The notes beneath the pieces were generated by a model that was not told the DNA's origin, ran no database searches, and was given only the letters and a program-made list of their open reading frames with translations. Shown piece after piece: positions 59,635 through 64,000 of a stretch of DNA of 64,000 bases; the stretch's first letter is position 1; each line of letters starts with the position of its first letter. The position numbers were made by a program, and so were the translations under genes. The DNA is from Peribolospora baueri (lineage: Eukaryota): NCBI GenBank assembly GCA_029717555.1, contig JAMDHS010000079.1:1-64000 (forward strand), in the 5' to 3' direction.

Positions 59635-61292
59635 CGTTCGTCTGCTCTTCTTTCTTCGCCTTCTCGCATCATCTGCCTCGCTAGCTCCGGTCCCTGTAGC
59701 GGTCCCGAGTCCTTCACGGTCCCGAGGGTGACTAAATTGAAGTTCACCACAGTTGCCCCAAAGGAAAATTATCGCCGTTGGTCCGCGAGGTGCTGCGCGG
59801 TGTCAAGTCATCCGGCGTCCGTGCGGACCAGTAAGACGTAGCCGACTTCCTTACCACTCCATTCCGAATGGAGGAGATACCCCTCGAAGGAGGCGACATG
59901 TAGTCTACCTCGCTAGTACTTAATCAATCGCAAGCGTCACAAACGACGTCGTTAATGTCTTCTTCTTGGCTCGCATCACGCTCCTCACCTATCCACACCT
60001 CTCTTTCGGTGGTACACCGCCACGCCCACCACATGTCATCTTGACTGCGACTATGAGAAAGCTGCATCGCATACTGTCGGTGGCGGTACACAGACTAGGA
60101 CGCTAGCCCGGGCGCCCAGGGATGAAATCTCATCGCCCCAACTCGCCCGCCACTGGCCACATCGAGGAGCCTGCTGGTGCTGCCAGGGAACCAGCACAGG
60201 TCGACGCGCTGAGTCTTCAACGCCTGCCACATCTCCCACCCCTCTTGTCTTTCCTTCTTCTCATCTTGCATGAACAAGAAAAGACCGTGACCTGGGCAAA
60301 GTTCATCCCTTCGCTGACGATCACCAGCTCGCTCGCCATCGGGAAGTCTGTGGCCGGCTCAAACCGAAGGTAGCAGGGAGCCCAGCGGTGATGAGGTGAG
60401 GGCCAATCCATGATGGAGTGAAAGAGTGAGATCATGTGTGCAGAGAAGGAGAGAAGGACATGGCGGCGACCTCTGCGGTTGGCGAGGAGGAGGTCGGTCG
60501 ACAAAGGATAGCGAGCAGGGGCGGATCGGCGATCAAATCCGTTCCGGATGCAACGCCTCGCTCGAGCGAGCGGCCCATGGCGTCGCTCTGGGCCATAAAA
60601 GCCGAGGGCACACATGCTCACTAGTGAAAGAGGAACGTCTGTCCGACCGGGGAGACATCGCCACATCGACGATGTTTTCGATTTCTGTTGTTCGCCTTGA
60701 AGTCACTGGACCGCTTATCTGTTCGGTATTGATCGGCCTGCCCCAAGATCTGTCAGGCACGTACAGTTACATAACATCCATTGATAGCTGGGATTGCTTT
60801 TTCCGCTTGATCGCCGTGCCTGCCCACGCTCGGCGCGACGCTCGCCCAAGGCATGGCCCTGCTTCCTTCGTTGATGCTCTCTCTAGACGAGAGCGGACGC
60901 AGGTCGGAGCCTTCCTTCTGTCGGAGCCCCATCTCATCCTCGTGCTCAGCCGTGTCCGTGCTTGGCAGATCGACGGCGGATGGTGGGCCTGAAAAAGAAC
61001 GACCTGCCGCAGTTAATTTGTGGCTGCTGGATTCGGCGTCTTGCCACGCTCGGCCTTCTACCTCCGACGGGACTCTGTAATCCCTCTCCCCGACCTCGAC
61101 GATGGCTTCCTCGCCCCCTCCTTCCTTCGACCTGAGCTAAGCTCGTTCCCTTTTTTTATTGCCTCCAAGTCACCATGGCCACCTGCTAGTATACATAGCC
61201 GCTTCTTTGTGCCCCCCTTTCCCTCCTTTCCCTACTGCGTTCGCCCGCGCTTTGCCTTTCCGAGCTCACCCACTGACTAAAAGGCCGCCACC

Positions 61293-64000
61293 ATGGCGCC
61301 GCCCAGCTCCGTCACCATCAATCTCGCAGAGTGAGCATATCATCGAACATGCTGGACGCTAGCTATGTCAGGGCCAAGCCGCCTCGATCGCCGCTGCACT
61401 TCCGCTCATTGCTTATCTTCTCTCCCCGACTGTCCTTCTAGGCCAGTCGTCTTCCTTCGCGGTCAATATGCGGCCGGAGAGGTGGGATCGTCTTCAGACC
61501 TTTTCGCACCCAGCTTTCGCATGGCATTTTGTGTCTGGACTGGCCTGACACATGCTGACGTCGACCTCTTTGCCACTTACGCCTCTCGTTCCTTGCTGGA
61601 CAGGACTCCGACGGTCGACCGCGTCCGGACAATCTGGAGGGCCCGCCATCCCAGATCCGAGGTCTGCTAACCCTGGACATCACCAAACCGTGTAGGATCA
61701 AGAAGATCGAGCTCACCCTAAAGGGAGAAGTGCGGACCGAGTGGCCGGAGGGTGAGCTCTATGAAATCGCATAGATCGAAATGTTGTCACATCCCTCTGG
61801 CTCACGTCGCTTGCTCTAACGTCAATGTTGCGATGACACGCTCCGAAAGGCATCGGTCCCCAGAGAATGAACACGTCCGAGGAAAAGGTCGTCCTCGAGG
61901 AAACCGGCATCCTCTTCAATGCCGCTCGGAGCAGGAAGCGCGCCTCCTCCATCGGCCCAGGCTTGCATCTCGACAACCATTCACTAAACGGTCAAGCGAC
62001 AGCCGTCCCGCCAGCCCCGAGGACGGCCGGCCTTCCACCTTCCCAGTACACCAGCCACGGTGCTAGCCTGTTCCCCCCGAGAACGGATATCGCCGCTGCC
62101 ACGTTGCAGCGCCCGGTGATGCAGAGGGCCACGAGCTCGGTAGACGTACGACCGCAGGCGAGCGAGCTTGGCCATCACCGCACTCGGTCCACCGCTGTCT
62201 CTGCGGCCTCAAGCCCAGACACTGGGAGCGGGCCCATGAGTTCGCCGGGCGGCGCACTCTCGGAGGATGACCGGCGCGGGTTCGCTGGGGCGGTCTCCCG
62301 GCGCCCCTTCTCTTTCCATCTCCTAGACTCTCACAGGCTTAGGCTGCCGTCTACTGGCAACGGTCCCGCCCCGCAAAACTCCCTCTCCCCTTCATTCCCC
62401 GCCTTGCCCATCTCTGAGGACAATGAAAGCGATTTCGAGGACCCGCGCGGCCCGGCTCCGATGTATACGCCCGACCCAGAGCCGGACGCCGGCGGGAACG
62501 AGGATGCGGTGTCTGACTGGGAAACGGAGGCGACAGCGAAGCCGAGCCAACCAGACAGACGGCCTTCGAATGCGGAGACCATCCGCGCCAGTGCGAACAA
62601 GTTCAGCTTTACCGGCATGTTGACCAAGGCGAGCAAAGCTGCTCATGGACAGACGCATGGACATTCGCATAGTTCCGGAGCGTCTCCTTTCGTCCACGTT
62701 TCCAGCTCGAGCGGCGACGGATCCAGTCACCCCGTGTCGCACGATTACTTCTCTCGCGCCATCCGCTCCTCGCCCGCCTCGCCCGCCAAATCGACGACCC
62801 CCGCGCAAGACTCTCGACAGCGTCACGTTCCCTTAGCTTCGGCAGGTCTTTCCAGCGGGAGCGAAGCGGGCAGCCGGGCCACGTCTCCGGCCGCCGAGTT
62901 CGACTCCGTGAGAGGTCGCAAGCCGGCGGCGTTTAAGGCGCTCATTGGCATGGGGAGCCATGGCAAGGAGAAGGATCATTCTGAGCACGGGAGTGGGAAG
63001 GAGGAGAAGGGGAAGGGGAAGGAGAGGAAGAAGGAGAAGGAGAAGAAGGAGGAGAAGTCCAAGGAAAAGAAAGAGGAAACCGGTGAGAAGCACGGGCGGG
63101 AGTTCCAGAAAGGTGAGTGTGGCCGTCCCACGTTTACAGGGCGGCGTCCTTCTTTCGAATTGGCTCTGATGCGTTGCCATCGCACGGCATCGAACGCTCC
63201 AGGCGTCTACACCTACCCCATCTCTTTTCCCGTTTCCGCCTCTGTCCCTCCGACCCTGCACTGCAACTTCGGAAGCATCACCTACACTCTCCGCGCCACC
63301 GTCCACCGATCCGGCCCCTTGACGCCCAACCTCGTCGCCGTGCGCGAGGTCAACCTCGTAGCTCAACCTGGAGAGGACGACACGGAGGAAGCGGAGAACA
63401 TCTCAGTCGACAAGGACTGGCAGGAGCAGCTAGGTTATCAGGTCCTCTTGAGCGGGAAGAGCTTTCCCATCGGGACGAGAGTGCCGTTCAGCGTCAAGTT
63501 CGTCCCCATGGCAAAGGTTAAGGTGTGGAGGATCTTGATCACGTTGGAAGGTGAGTTTGACGAAGATAGCAGGCGTTTGCGGACGCATGAGGTTTGTTGG
63601 CAAGCTGATGAACCTCTCTCATGCAACCTTGAACTCGTAGAGCGCATCGACTACTACGCCGCAAACGGCAAGCACGAACGACACCAGGGGCCGCGAAAGT
63701 TTGTTTTGTTGAAACTCGTGAACGAAGGCTCGACGCCGCTTCTACCCATCACGTCCGACTCGCCGACAGCTCTGGCCGATTCCGTTCTCGCCCCTTACAT
63801 TCCCACTTTGACGCCTCCCGATGACAATCTCCCCGTGTCTGACCCGATGATGGCGACTAATGCGGCCTTCGCCGCTAGTGCGCCCATGGACCGCGGCGTG
63901 GGCTCTTCAACTACGACGATCCAAGGAGCGGGGACTTTCTCGCCCCTCCCTGCTTACGTCGCCGGCGATCCCATCTCCGAGGTGGCGAGGGCGGACGAGG
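61293..64000 (+). CDS. Alpha-arrestin, paralogue of the gene at 32105-36510; truncated by the window end
   Basis: MAPPSSVTINLAE/PVVFLRGQYAAGE...RIKKIELTLKGEVRTEWPEG/IGPQR...REFQKGVYTYPISF...LHCNFGSITYTLRATVHRSGPLTPNL. Confidence 0.88.

Noticed and set aside
59700..61250. Possible small gene or TE relic between the HypX-like gene and the second arrestin
   Set aside because: The short ORFs show no recognisable motif or convincing exon chain.

Overview
GC-rich, intron-containing eukaryotic DNA from a basidiomycete fungus (GT-AG introns with CTRAC branch sites; the Upa2 orthologue fits Basidiomycota; finer taxonomy is not determinable). About 15 spliced protein-coding genes were assigned by manual splicing and motif recognition, without database searches: a secreted protein, a hypothetical protein, a Upa2-like multi-PAM2/GWW protein, an F-box/LRR protein, a UPF0303 protein, JIP5, DBP3, a Btb1/IBTK-like Ank-RCC1-BTB protein, a PPIL1-type cyclophilin, two paralogous alpha-arrestins, a PSP1-domain protein, a single-pass membrane protein, a peroxisomal 4CL-like CoA ligase and a HypX/HoxX-like protein. 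There is also a copia relic and a pseudogene fragment. Two observations stand out. (1) All three copies of a degenerate DIRS/Ngaro-type gag sequence are in fold-back configurations: a ~1.6 kb nested inverted repeat with a near-perfect 53-bp central hairpin at 50.2-51.8 kb, and two 73-79-bp hairpins at 3.4-3.9 kb. These are candidate endogenous hairpin-RNA loci for transposon silencing. (2) A fungal HypX (CO-synthase)-like gene with an apparently degenerate formyltransferase site but retained decarbonylase residues is head-to-head with the peroxisomal acyl-CoA ligase.
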